The notes under the pieces are model-generated. The model saw only the letters and a list, made by a program, of their open reading frames with translations. It did not search any database and was not told where the DNA came from. From Aureliella sp. (lineage in GTDB: Bacteria; Planctomycetota; Planctomycetia; Pirellulales; Pirellulaceae), in NCBI GenBank assembly GCA_963691875.1, contig OY829846.1:2432001-2496000 (forward strand): a stretch of 64,000 nt of DNA, in the 5' to 3' direction. Below are positions 10,801 through 19,815 of this stretch, piece after piece. The translations under genes and the position numbers were made by a program. The stretch's first letter is position 1; each line of letters begins with the position of its first letter.

Positions 10801-10969
10801 TTGCACGGTAACGGAATTCGTCAAGACTTTCGGCCGTGGTGGATGAGGTCACGAATCAGAGAGTAGCCCCTGGCCCAAGCACAGCACCATCGCAAGCCAA
10901 CATCTGCCCAAGCCGGCGCGCACGGCTCTATTTTTAAACAATCGGTATTGGGCGGGAGAAGAAAACGAA

Positions 10970-11665
10970 ATGAATTTCTACCCCCAACCCGTGCATCTGC
11001 ACGACTGCGACGAACATGGTTCAGACTCTCGGGCAGAGTTGTTTATCGTCGAAGGAGATAGTGCTTCGCAGGCGGTCGCTGCGGTTCGCGACCCATGCTT
11101 CCAAGCCGTCCTCCCCATGCAGGGCAAGCCACTGAATGCCAGCAAGGCAAGTTGGGGAGCGGTGCGAGAATACGAACTTTACCAGCAAGCATTTGTAGCG
11201 TTTGGCTATCCGCAACTCTGCAGTGCCAGACAATTACAAACGCATGAGGCAAGACCTGAGGCTTGCCACTTCTCCAAGATTCTTCTGCTATTCGATCCTG
11301 ATGCAGACGGCATTCATTGCGGGGCATTGATGCTCATCTTTTTGCATCGTGTTTTTCCAAAATTGATCGATGCAGGAATGATCGAGATTGTTCGGGCGCC
11401 ACTAGTTTGCTTTGACCTGATACCAGCTTATAAGTCGACGGCTTCCAAGACTCTTTATGCCTACCTCGATGAACAAGCCGGTAAACTCCGGTCGGAGCTA
11501 GATCGTGAAGGCTACGAGTACAACCAAAGACGATTTCGCGGTTTGGCGAGCATGGATCGTGACACCTTAGTGCAAACCTGTGTCGATCTTGAATCTCGCA
11601 CCGCTCAGTCGGTCACAGCAGCTGATGCCCAAGCGGCGCTCGCCGTGTTTGGTGGTGGGCGGTAG
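10970..11665 (+). CDS. Stand-alone GyrB/ParE-type TOPRIM domain protein (no ATPase domain)
   Basis: ELFIVEGDSA, LPMQGKPLN, FDPDADGIH (DxD), RFRGLASM; only 231 aa. Confidence 0.85.
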   Translation: MNFYPQPVHLHDCDEHGSDSRAELFIVEGDSASQAVAAVRDPCFQAVLPMQGKPLNASKASWGAVREYELYQQAFVAFGYPQLCSARQLQTHEARPEACHFSKILLLFDPDADGIHCGALMLIFLHRVFPKLIDAGMIEIVRAPLVCFDLIPAYKSTASKTLYAYLDEQAGKLRSELDREGYEYNQRRFRGLASMDRDTLVQTCVDLESRTAQSVTAADAQAALAVFGGGR

Positions 11666-11710
11666 TGTCGTCCATTAAACGAGTGGCCACCCGGCGATCA
11701 ATTTCGCAAA

Positions 11711-12850
11711 CTAGGCGGCGCGGGAGCCATGTCTGCTGGCGGTAGCCTGATCAAGACTGTGCAGTAAGATACATCCTTGCGAGACTTCGGCCTTGCCTGG
11801 TGCACCGACGGCTGCAACAGGGCAGAGGATATTACCCTCAAGCCGTCCCCAGTTTTGCTGCAGGGCATACGGTACCGAACCAGAACTGACATTTCCAGTG
11901 GAAGCAGTGAGACCATTCACAGGTGCGCAGGTAAAGCCAGCTTCCTCGAGTTTCATGCCTGTCAGGCGCACGATGGCTTCGCCAGCTTGATGCGGCAAGA
12001 TGTGTTGGATGTCCGAGGGCTGCAAGTCATTCTGTCGCGTCATTTCCGAGGCTGCAGCCGCCATGGCGCGGGGAGCCGTGTCGGCAATGCCCATACCGTC
12101 AAGCGAAAAGACGAGCCGTTTCGGCTCTCGCACTTTGCCACCTTCCGGTGTAGGCGTCAAAACGTTTTCTTGCAACGAAAAATCGAAGAAGGCTTTGTAT
12201 GCTGGTTGCTTTTCATACTGTGCGTCAAGCAACTCATATTTGGGTGCCATCTCTCGATTGTCGCATCGAGTGAGCACGGTGGCGGTCGCAAAGTCACCAA
12301 ACAATGCGCCAGCTTGCCGATCTTCAAAATCGGTGATGCGGCTGATCCGATTAGAAGTGATAACAAGAACGCTTTCGTCTGATGCAAGCTGTAGACCTGG
12401 CAACATCCTGTGCAAAACAATCTTCATCGCTTTGGCGTAGCCACTGCAAAAGCCATTGATCCCGACTACTTTACGAGGCGATAACTGTGCGCGAGCACAG
12501 AGCTGAACTGCCAGACGTGTCGGCTGCTCCTTGCGAGCTCGTTCGCGAGGCATAAACTGGCTGCCGACACTGGCTGGCACAACAGACGGAGTGACCAGGA
12601 CAAGCCCAGCACACCTTTCGATCGCTTGTGGTGATGCTGTCGCGATTGCATCTAGCACGCGGCTGGCAAGCGAAACTTCACTCTCGTAGGCAACCGCTCG
12701 CTCGTGGATTCCGGTGTGCTTTTCAAACTTGCGAGCCATCAATGACTCATACCAAGCGTTCGGGAGGACGCAGGCTGGCTGATAGCTATGGATCTCGTGA
12801 ATGCCCACGCGATCCGACTCAATTTGTGTGGCAGGATGTGGAAAGCGCAT
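11711..12850 (-). CDS. 3-oxoacyl-ACP synthase III (FabH-like) condensing enzyme
   Basis: Cys-His-Asn triad pattern GFCSG, PHQAG, GNVSS; ALFGDFA. Confidence 0.85.
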   Translation of the reverse strand: MRFPHPATQIESDRVGIHEIHSYQPACVLPNAWYESLMARKFEKHTGIHERAVAYESEVSLASRVLDAIATASPQAIERCAGLVLVTPSVVPASVGSQFMPRERARKEQPTRLAVQLCARAQLSPRKVVGINGFCSGYAKAMKIVLHRMLPGLQLASDESVLVITSNRISRITDFEDRQAGALFGDFATATVLTRCDNREMAPKYELLDAQYEKQPAYKAFFDFSLQENVLTPTPEGGKVREPKRLVFSLDGMGIADTAPRAMAAAASEMTRQNDLQPSDIQHILPHQAGEAIVRLTGMKLEEAGFTCAPVNGLTASTGNVSSGSVPYALQQNWGRLEGNILCPVAAVGAPGKAEVSQGCILLHSLDQATASRHGSRAA

Positions 12851-13015
12851 GCGTATTCGTTATCAAAAGTGAGGTTTCGAATCAATATGGAACCAGTCTG
12901 GCTAGCAAATCTAATGTGCCTAACAGCTGATGGACGCTGATTGGTGGCTTTAAGCTAAGATAGAATGGCCGTAGAAATAGAATTCTTAGCGAACTACAGC
13001 AACAAATATTGAGCC

Positions 13016-13582
13016 ATGATTCGGTGTTTCGGACCTGTACTTCTTTGCGTTGTATTTTCAGCCGCATTGCTCGCGCCATCCAATTTACTCCTAGCCGAAG
13101 TGAAAGATTCCGCCGCTGGTAGATTCGCTTTAGAATGCAAAAAGGTGACCGATCTACCAGCAGGGGAAGCCTTCACCGCTTTCGTGAAAGGGTATGGGAA
13201 GTGGTGGCACGCCAGTCACTCTCATAATGGTGACCCCCAGGCGTTATCGATCGATTTGGAGAAAGCATGTATTCTGAAGCAGCCGCCAAATCGCAGTTTC
13301 GTTCGACACCTTAAATTGGCCAACTACCATCCGCAAAACATCACACCATGCTTTACAAGCGGCCTTGGGCCGCCACAAGAAACCGGCGTTGACGGAGCCA
13401 TGACGGTCGAAACCACAGAGGTGGACAAGCGCACCCAGATTCCGGCCCTCTACAGCGTTACGGGCTATTCCAAACAGCAGCTTAATAAACTTGCACTGAT
13501 TGTAGATCGAGTGCTGAATGATCAGTTCACACAACTTCAGAATTCCTGCACGAAGTTGAACATTGCATTGGAGAAGTCCTAG
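13016..13582 (+). CDS. Secreted SRPBCC/START-like protein, possibly degenerate
   Basis: Signal-peptide-like N-terminus; WW..H...GD...LSID and GLGP.Q..GV.GAMT pattern; several positions look drifted. Confidence 0.55.
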   Translation: MIRCFGPVLLCVVFSAALLAPSNLLLAEVKDSAAGRFALECKKVTDLPAGEAFTAFVKGYGKWWHASHSHNGDPQALSIDLEKACILKQPPNRSFVRHLKLANYHPQNITPCFTSGLGPPQETGVDGAMTVETTEVDKRTQIPALYSVTGYSKQQLNKLALIVDRVLNDQFTQLQNSCTKLNIALEKS

Positions 13583-16110
13583 TGTTCGGCCAATCATTTA
13601 ACACTCAACCGCAGGCCCTAGCTTGCTCTGGTACGCCCAGCCATTCGTTTAACGCCCAGCCGGAAGCGCTGGCTTGCCCTGCTAAGCGCCAACTTGCTTG
13701 GACCATGCTCGGACTCGCACTCGGCTGTATGCCGATTAGTTCACTCGCACAAGAAGTCTCCTTCTCACGGGACATTCGGCCAATCCTTGCAGACCGATGC
13801 TTCGCCTGCCATGGCCCCGATGCGAATGAGCGTTCAGCAGAACTTCGACTCGATCAGGCAGAGGGCGAAGAAGGTGCTTACAAGACTGGGTATGACGGAG
13901 CCATCATCAAACCTGGCGACGTCGAGGCTAGTGAGCTGTGGCACCGCATTACGGCCACAGACACCGATGTACTCATGCCACCTGCGGATTCGCACAAGGC
14001 GAAGCTAACCGAGGAAGAGCAAAATAAGATTCGTCAGTGGATAGAATCCGGAGCAAAGTACGAGGAGTTCTGGGCTTTTGAGCCTCCGAAAGTCGAGGAG
14101 TTGCCCTCCATCAAAGATGCAGAATGGGGCAAGGCTGCAATTGATCGCTTTGTTTTGGCTCGTCTAAAGCGAGAGGACTTGCAACCAACGGAACTCGCAA
14201 ATCAGCGCACTCTCTTCCGACGTCTCTCATTGGATCTTCGCGGCCTACCGCCAAGTCGCGAGGAGCTGCATCGCTTTTTAGCTGACGAAAGCGAAACTGC
14301 CTACGAAGACTGGGTCGATCGCTTCCTGGGTAGCAGTGAATACGGCGAGCACATGGCACGCTACTGGCTCGACCTGGTTCGCTTCGCTGACACGAACGGG
14401 ATGCACAAAGATTTCTATCGCAACTTTGTCGCCTATCGAGATTGGGTCATTCGCGCCTACAACGAAAACTTGCCCTACGACGAATTCTTAAAGTATCAGT
14501 TGGCGGGCGATCTTTACGAAGCACCAAGTCGCGATCAGCTCGTAGCATCCGGGTTCAATCGCTTGCATTTGATCATCGACCGTGGCACGGCGCTGCCTGA
14601 AGAGAGTTTATTCAAGAACGTCGTAGACCGGGTGAGTGCGGTTGGTATTGTTTTTTTGGGGCTGACGGTACAGTGTGCTCAATGCCATGACCACAAGTAC
14701 GATCCAATAACTCAGCGGGACTACTACTCGCTGTTTGCCTTCTTCAACAACATTGACGCAGCTCCCGAAACTGCTGGGCGCCCAGCTGCGGGGTTGCAGC
14801 CTCCCTTTATCTCACTGGCCAGCACACAGCAGGAATTGGAATTGCAGGAATTGAACCGCCTTGTGGCCGAAAGCGAAAGCGATTGGAAGACCCTGTTGGC
14901 GAAGCTCAATGTGTTGAAGGCGGCAGACGAAAACTCTGATGAGACCAAGCAGCAGGCCGCGCTCGCTAGTAAAGCGGAAAACAAACACAAGAAATTGAAA
15001 GGCGAGCGTGACGCATTCAACCGTCGTTTGCCCAAGGCGATGGTGATGAAAGAACGGTCAGAAGTGCGTCAGACCTTCCTCCGTGTACGTGGGCAGTACG
15101 ACGCTCTCGGGGAGCCAGTCCAGAGAAATGCTCCAGCCTTCTTGCCCGCGATGAAACGAAGCCCTGGGCAGCCCGCGACGAGAATGGATCTGGCCCAATG
15201 GTTTACGAGCGAAGAGAATCCTTTGACCGCTCGCGTTCAAGTCAATCGCGTTTGGCAGCAATTCTTCGGCATCGGGCTGGTTAAAACCTCGGAAGATCTC
15301 GGAGCACAAGGCGAAGTTCCCATTCATCCCGAACTGCTCGACTACTTAGCGGTTTCCTATCGTCGGTCAGGGTGGGACACAAAGGCGTTGGTCAAGCAAA
15401 TCGTGATGTCGAAAACGTACCAACAGAGTTCCCGAGCAAGGTCGGACCTTTATCTAGCTGACCCAGATAACAGGTTGCTTGCCCGCGGCGGCAGGTTCCG
15501 CCTAGATGCGGAGGTCATACGAGATCAAATCCTTGCAACTAGCGGGTTATTGTCGAAAAAGATGTACGGCGTCAGCGTAAAACCGCCTCAACCCGCTGGC
15601 TTGTGGAAGGCAGTCACGATGACCGGCGAACGCTTCACTCCTGGCAAAGGCAGCGACATCTATCGCCGTAGCCTGTACACGTTCTGGAAGCGAGCAATGC
15701 CTCCGCCACAAATGACCATCCTGAACGCACCTAATCGCGACTCATGTATTGCACGTCGAGAACGCACCAACACTCCGTCGCAAGCATTGCTGATGCTAAA
15801 TGAGTCACAGTATCTCTTAGCGGCCCGGCATTTAGCAAACTCCGTTGTCGAATCGCCCTTTACAAATTCCCAGACAAGAATTGGATTCCTCTTCGAGACA
15901 ATCCTTTCCCGCATGCCGGATGCAACGGAAAGAGATGTTTTGCAGCAGCTGATAGATGACTTGCTCGCAAAGTACGAGGAGAATCCGGAGTTGGCAAAGG
16001 AGTTGTGCGAAGGAGTTGCAACCGTTCCTGAGGCTCAGGCCGAAATCGCAGCCTGGACGGTGCTAATCAATGCTCTCTACAACTTAGACATCACGAAGAA
16101 CCGAGAATAG
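13582..16110 (+). CDS. Planctomycete cytochrome c + DUF1549 + DUF1553 (PSD1) protein
   Basis: FSRDIRPILADRCFACH, WLDLVRFADT, CAQCHDHKYDP, NPLTARVQVNRVW, HPELLD, TNTPSQAL. Confidence 0.92.
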   Translation: MFGQSFNTQPQALACSGTPSHSFNAQPEALACPAKRQLAWTMLGLALGCMPISSLAQEVSFSRDIRPILADRCFACHGPDANERSAELRLDQAEGEEGAYKTGYDGAIIKPGDVEASELWHRITATDTDVLMPPADSHKAKLTEEEQNKIRQWIESGAKYEEFWAFEPPKVEELPSIKDAEWGKAAIDRFVLARLKREDLQPTELANQRTLFRRLSLDLRGLPPSREELHRFLADESETAYEDWVDRFLGSSEYGEHMARYWLDLVRFADTNGMHKDFYRNFVAYRDWVIRAYNENLPYDEFLKYQLAGDLYEAPSRDQLVASGFNRLHLIIDRGTALPEESLFKNVVDRVSAVGIVFLGLTVQCAQCHDHKYDPITQRDYYSLFAFFNNIDAAPETAGRPAAGLQPPFISLASTQQELELQELNRLVAESESDWKTLLAKLNVLKAADENSDETKQQAALASKAENKHKKLKGERDAFNRRLPKAMVMKERSEVRQTFLRVRGQYDALGEPVQRNAPAFLPAMKRSPGQPATRMDLAQWFTSEENPLTARVQVNRVWQQFFGIGLVKTSEDLGAQGEVPIHPELLDYLAVSYRRSGWDTKALVKQIVMSKTYQQSSRARSDLYLADPDNRLLARGGRFRLDAEVIRDQILATSGLLSKKMYGVSVKPPQPAGLWKAVTMTGERFTPGKGSDIYRRSLYTFWKRAMPPPQMTILNAPNRDSCIARRERTNTPSQALLMLNESQYLLAARHLANSVVESPFTNSQTRIGFLFETILSRMPDATERDVLQQLIDDLLAKYEENPELAKELCEGVATVPEAQAEIAAWTVLINALYNLDITKNRE

Positions 16111-16122
16111 GAGGCCCTGGAG

Positions 16123-17580
16123 ATGATGCAGCAACTTCAACAACTTGAAACACTTCAGAATCGCCGACGCTTTCTCCGGAACACAGGAGTCGGCCTGGGT
16201 ACCGCTGCCTCTGCAGCACTGCTGGGAAATCAGGTAGTAAATTCGGCGGAAATCAGTTCGGGCAACTCGACCGGAGTCCATTTCCGCGCTCGCGCGAAAC
16301 GCATCATCTTTCTCTTCATGGCGGGAGCACCGAGTCACGTTGATCTGTTTGACTACAAGCCTGATTTGCACAAATACTTCAAGCAGGAGCTTCCCAAGTC
16401 GGTCAGTAATGGTCAGCGCGTGACTGCCATGACTCGCGGCAAACAACAGCGGGTCCAACCCACGATGTTCAACTTTCATCAGCGTGGTCAAAGTGGCGTA
16501 TGGATGAGCGAGCTTCTGCCTCATCTGTCCAGCTGCGCGGACCAACTCTGCTTTGTGAACTCGATGCACACAGATGCGATCAACCACGACCCGGGCAAGA
16601 CTTCGTTTTGCACCGGCTCGGAAATTGCCGGCAAGCCAAGTATGGGCGCTTGGTTGAGTTATGGTCTAGGCTCTATGAATCAGGACTTGCCCAACTTTGT
16701 TGTCATGCCATCTGCGTTTTGGAGTGGCAAAGTCAACGTCCAAGGACTCTACGCGAGACTCTGGGGTAGTGGCTTTCTCCCTTCTCAACATCAAGGCTCC
16801 GCCTTTCAGGCGACGGGCGATCCCGTACTCTTCTTGTCCAATCCTAATGGCATCGATCGTAGCGTTCGCCGACGGATGCTCGACACGCTGGCAGAATTGA
16901 ATCAGAAACATTTCCATGAGATTGGTGATCCTGAAACGCAGACCACCATCGCACAGCAGGAGATGGCGTTTCGCATGCAAGCCTCAGTACCGGAGCTGAC
17001 AGATATTTCGGGCGAAACGGCCGCGACGTTAGAAAATTACGGCCCGGAGGTCAATCAAGCTGGCTCCTATGCTCGTAACTGCTTACTCGCTCGACGAATG
17101 GTAGAACGAGGAGTGCGTTTCGTTCAGCTATTTCATCGCGGTTGGGACCATCATTCTCGCTTGCCCGACAACATGCGGGGCCAGTGCAAGGATGTCGACC
17201 AACCGACGGCGGCTCTGCTAATGGACCTGCGGCAGCGAGGCTTGCTCGACGATACACTGGTCGTTTTTTGTGGCGAGTTTGGTCGAACCGTCTACGGCCA
17301 AGGCAATATGACGCGGGAGAACTACGGTCGCGACCATCACCCGCGCTGCTTTACCGCGTGGCTCGCCGGTGGAGGAATTCGCGGTGGAATGCACTACGGT
17401 AAGACCGACGACTTCTGCTACAACATCGATGAGAATCCGGTGCATGTTCGAGACCTACATGCCACAATGCTGCACCTACTTGGAATCGATCACGAAAAAC
17501 TGATCTTTCCGTACCAAGGCCTCGATCAGAAGCTAACTGGTGTCGAGCACAGCCTGGTCTTACATGACATCATCGCGTAG
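16123..17580 (+). CDS. DUF1501 domain protein (Tat-type N-terminus)
   Basis: NRRRFL, IFLFMAGAPSHVDLFD, LLARRMVERGVRFV, WDHH, GEFGRT, GRDHH. Confidence 0.93.
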   Translation: MMQQLQQLETLQNRRRFLRNTGVGLGTAASAALLGNQVVNSAEISSGNSTGVHFRARAKRIIFLFMAGAPSHVDLFDYKPDLHKYFKQELPKSVSNGQRVTAMTRGKQQRVQPTMFNFHQRGQSGVWMSELLPHLSSCADQLCFVNSMHTDAINHDPGKTSFCTGSEIAGKPSMGAWLSYGLGSMNQDLPNFVVMPSAFWSGKVNVQGLYARLWGSGFLPSQHQGSAFQATGDPVLFLSNPNGIDRSVRRRMLDTLAELNQKHFHEIGDPETQTTIAQQEMAFRMQASVPELTDISGETAATLENYGPEVNQAGSYARNCLLARRMVERGVRFVQLFHRGWDHHSRLPDNMRGQCKDVDQPTAALLMDLRQRGLLDDTLVVFCGEFGRTVYGQGNMTRENYGRDHHPRCFTAWLAGGGIRGGMHYGKTDDFCYNIDENPVHVRDLHATMLHLLGIDHEKLIFPYQGLDQKLTGVEHSLVLHDIIA

Positions 17581-17599
17581 TGGGATTCGCCAGAATTCC
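17577..17599 (+). repeat. GTAG-type REP palindrome
   Basis: GTAGTGGGATTCGCCAGAATTCC; close copies at 41430, 41463 and inverted at 41532. Confidence 0.7.
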
Positions 17600-17810
17600 T
17601 CCTCTGATCTCAGCATTCGTTGCGAACTCGGTTCCTGCCTCCGCGATACGAGGCGGGGAAAACAAATCCAGTACGCAAGCATTTGTAATAAGGCATTCCT
17701 ATACAAATTCTTGGGCCATCGAATGCTGCAACAAACGGAAGGTTTCGACACGAAAAATCGTTCGTTTGTTTCTGGCTTATTGGCTTGCTTTTATCATCGC
17801 GTGAATCAGG

Positions 17811-17990
17811 TTTAATCATTGGCGTCATGGAATAGAGCAGGAAGCAATCGATGTCAAGTTTGCCATCCATTTCCCCATCATCGACTTACTCTTTGGAACC
17901 TTCTTCGTGCCCAACCGTTACCCGTTGGTAACGGCCTTGAAGGACATCCAGTTCCCAAACGCATGTGGAAACAGTTCTTCTATCCCTGTA
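17811..17990 (+). pseudogene. C-terminal remnant of a fatty-acid hydroxylase/sterol desaturase family gene
   Basis: FNHWRHGIEQEAIDVKFAIHFPIIDLLFGTFFVP, then a frameshift to GNGLEGHPVPKRMWKQFFYP; resembles the HHxHH box...D.LFGT C-terminus of the family. Confidence 0.65.
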
Positions 17991-18225
17991 CTGGAACGCG
18001 GCCGGATGCGGATGCCGAAACAGCTTCCCACAAAGTTGAATAAGGCCACTTCGCTACTATCGACTGTCTGATCGCGTACGCATCGATAATTTCATGCAAG
18101 AGGGTTATGGCTAGACTCTTCTCATTTGCGTCTGCTATGTGTTTCATCCGTGACCAAATCACATAAGCACTGTGACGCTGCTCGTGGTGAATCGCAAAGA
18201 AATCCTCTGGTCAGCAACAAAAAAG

Positions 18226-19332
18226 CTACAGTCCGGTGATCATGCTGGGTTCGGGTTGCCAAAGGTAAAGAAAGGTTGGCATCTCACTGCGATCTAGGCC
18301 GGGAATCTTCAGCGGCAGAAGTGATGACATGGTGGGAACATTGGGCGTTACATCCATCAGCGTGTAAGCCCGATCGTTGTCGCGACGCAACATCTTGATC
18401 GGAGCATTTGAAGGGAGTCCCGCAAGTTCGCGAGCTCGCACCACGGCATCGTCCAAATAACCAAGTTGGTCGACAAGCCGGCTGTCGAGTGCATCTTGGG
18501 CTGTCATCACGCGTCCATCGAAGATTTCATTCTCTCCCACAGTCAATCCGCGGCGAGCCTGGACCTGCGACGTGAAACGCTGATGAAAACTGTCGGCAAT
18601 TGATTGCAGGATTTCTCGTTCGGATTCTTCCATCTCGCGATCGGGAGTCGCCATGTTGATCTTGCTGCCAGCCGTGACTGGTTGCGACGAAACGCTAAAG
18701 GTGCTCATGTCCGTCAAGAAATAGATATTCAAGATCACTCCGATGCCGCCGACGATCGACGTGGGATGAGCCACGATTTGGTCTGCCAAGTTTGCCAAAT
18801 AGTAACCTCCGCCGGCTCCAACATCCATCAGACACGCAACGACTGGAATATCTCGTTCGTTTTTTAGCTGCAATAAATCCCGAGCCATGATGTCCGACGC
18901 CGTCACACCGCCGCCTGGGCTGTTGATTCTAAGCACAATAGCTGACACCGAAGAATCAGCCGCAATGTGATCTAGCTTCTCGCGAAAAAGTGCGACCGGG
19001 TTTTCGCCCATAGAGCCGAGTCCGGCAATGTTCTTGTTTAGCAGGATGCCGTCCACGTCGAGCACCACAACGCTAGGCGAGGCTGTATGCTGCGATCCGT
19101 AAACAGGAACGGAATTGAGCTTCGAGGCTGTGTTATCAGTCTTCATCACAGTCGAGAGTTGACCGTCCATCGTCATGCCCCCCGACATGCGCATATCACC
19201 ATTCATATTCATCCCGCCACGCACAACGGTTTGAATCGGGCGGTGAACGCACCCTGAGAAGAGCAAGAATGCGCAGAGGGAAAGAACTGGTGCCCATGCA
19301 TTCAGACAAAACAGCTGATCATTTCGGCTCAT
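18226..19332 (-). CDS. sppA: Signal peptide peptidase SppA (S49), lipoprotein-like
   Basis: LFSGC lipobox-like, LRINSPGGGV, GGYYLA..AD.I.A.PTS..G.IGV, DGRVMTA; start placed at MSRNDQ. Confidence 0.85.
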   Translation of the reverse strand: MSRNDQLFCLNAWAPVLSLCAFLLFSGCVHRPIQTVVRGGMNMNGDMRMSGGMTMDGQLSTVMKTDNTASKLNSVPVYGSQHTASPSVVVLDVDGILLNKNIAGLGSMGENPVALFREKLDHIAADSSVSAIVLRINSPGGGVTASDIMARDLLQLKNERDIPVVACLMDVGAGGGYYLANLADQIVAHPTSIVGGIGVILNIYFLTDMSTFSVSSQPVTAGSKINMATPDREMEESEREILQSIADSFHQRFTSQVQARRGLTVGENEIFDGRVMTAQDALDSRLVDQLGYLDDAVVRARELAGLPSNAPIKMLRRDNDRAYTLMDVTPNVPTMSSLLPLKIPGLDRSEMPTFLYLWQPEPSMITGL

Positions 19333-19815
19333 CTGAAGTCCTTTCCGATGGGTGCCAATCTCATAAGCCAAGGAAGCCGGCGCCTGCGGCTGGATGTCAG
19401 ACGAATTCAGCTTCAAACGGCCTAATTCGCTGTGGCTCTGGGCCAGGAAGAGACAGCCTACGTATTCGGCACTATCCCAGTGTTAGATCGGACGGGAGCA
19501 ATGCCAAAATTCCTCCTAGAAACTTTCTCCCCTAACCTTCCACCATGCCCTGAGCTCCACACAGACCTCCTAAACTATGCATTCGGAAAATCCTACCAGA
19601 CCAGACAAAGTACGGTCGTAGCGACAAACGCGAATTGGCGTACCCGCCATGCCTGCTCCATTCAAATGCCCGGAAGAACTAAGGCTTTTGCTAGCTAGGG
19701 AAAGGGGAGGGACCGAAATGGATAATTATTCGTTTTGGTGAGCGGAAATGCGCTCGCAAATTCTCGCGAGTCCCTTGACTCCGAATATTCCCACATGAGT
19801 CATTGATCGAGTTCC

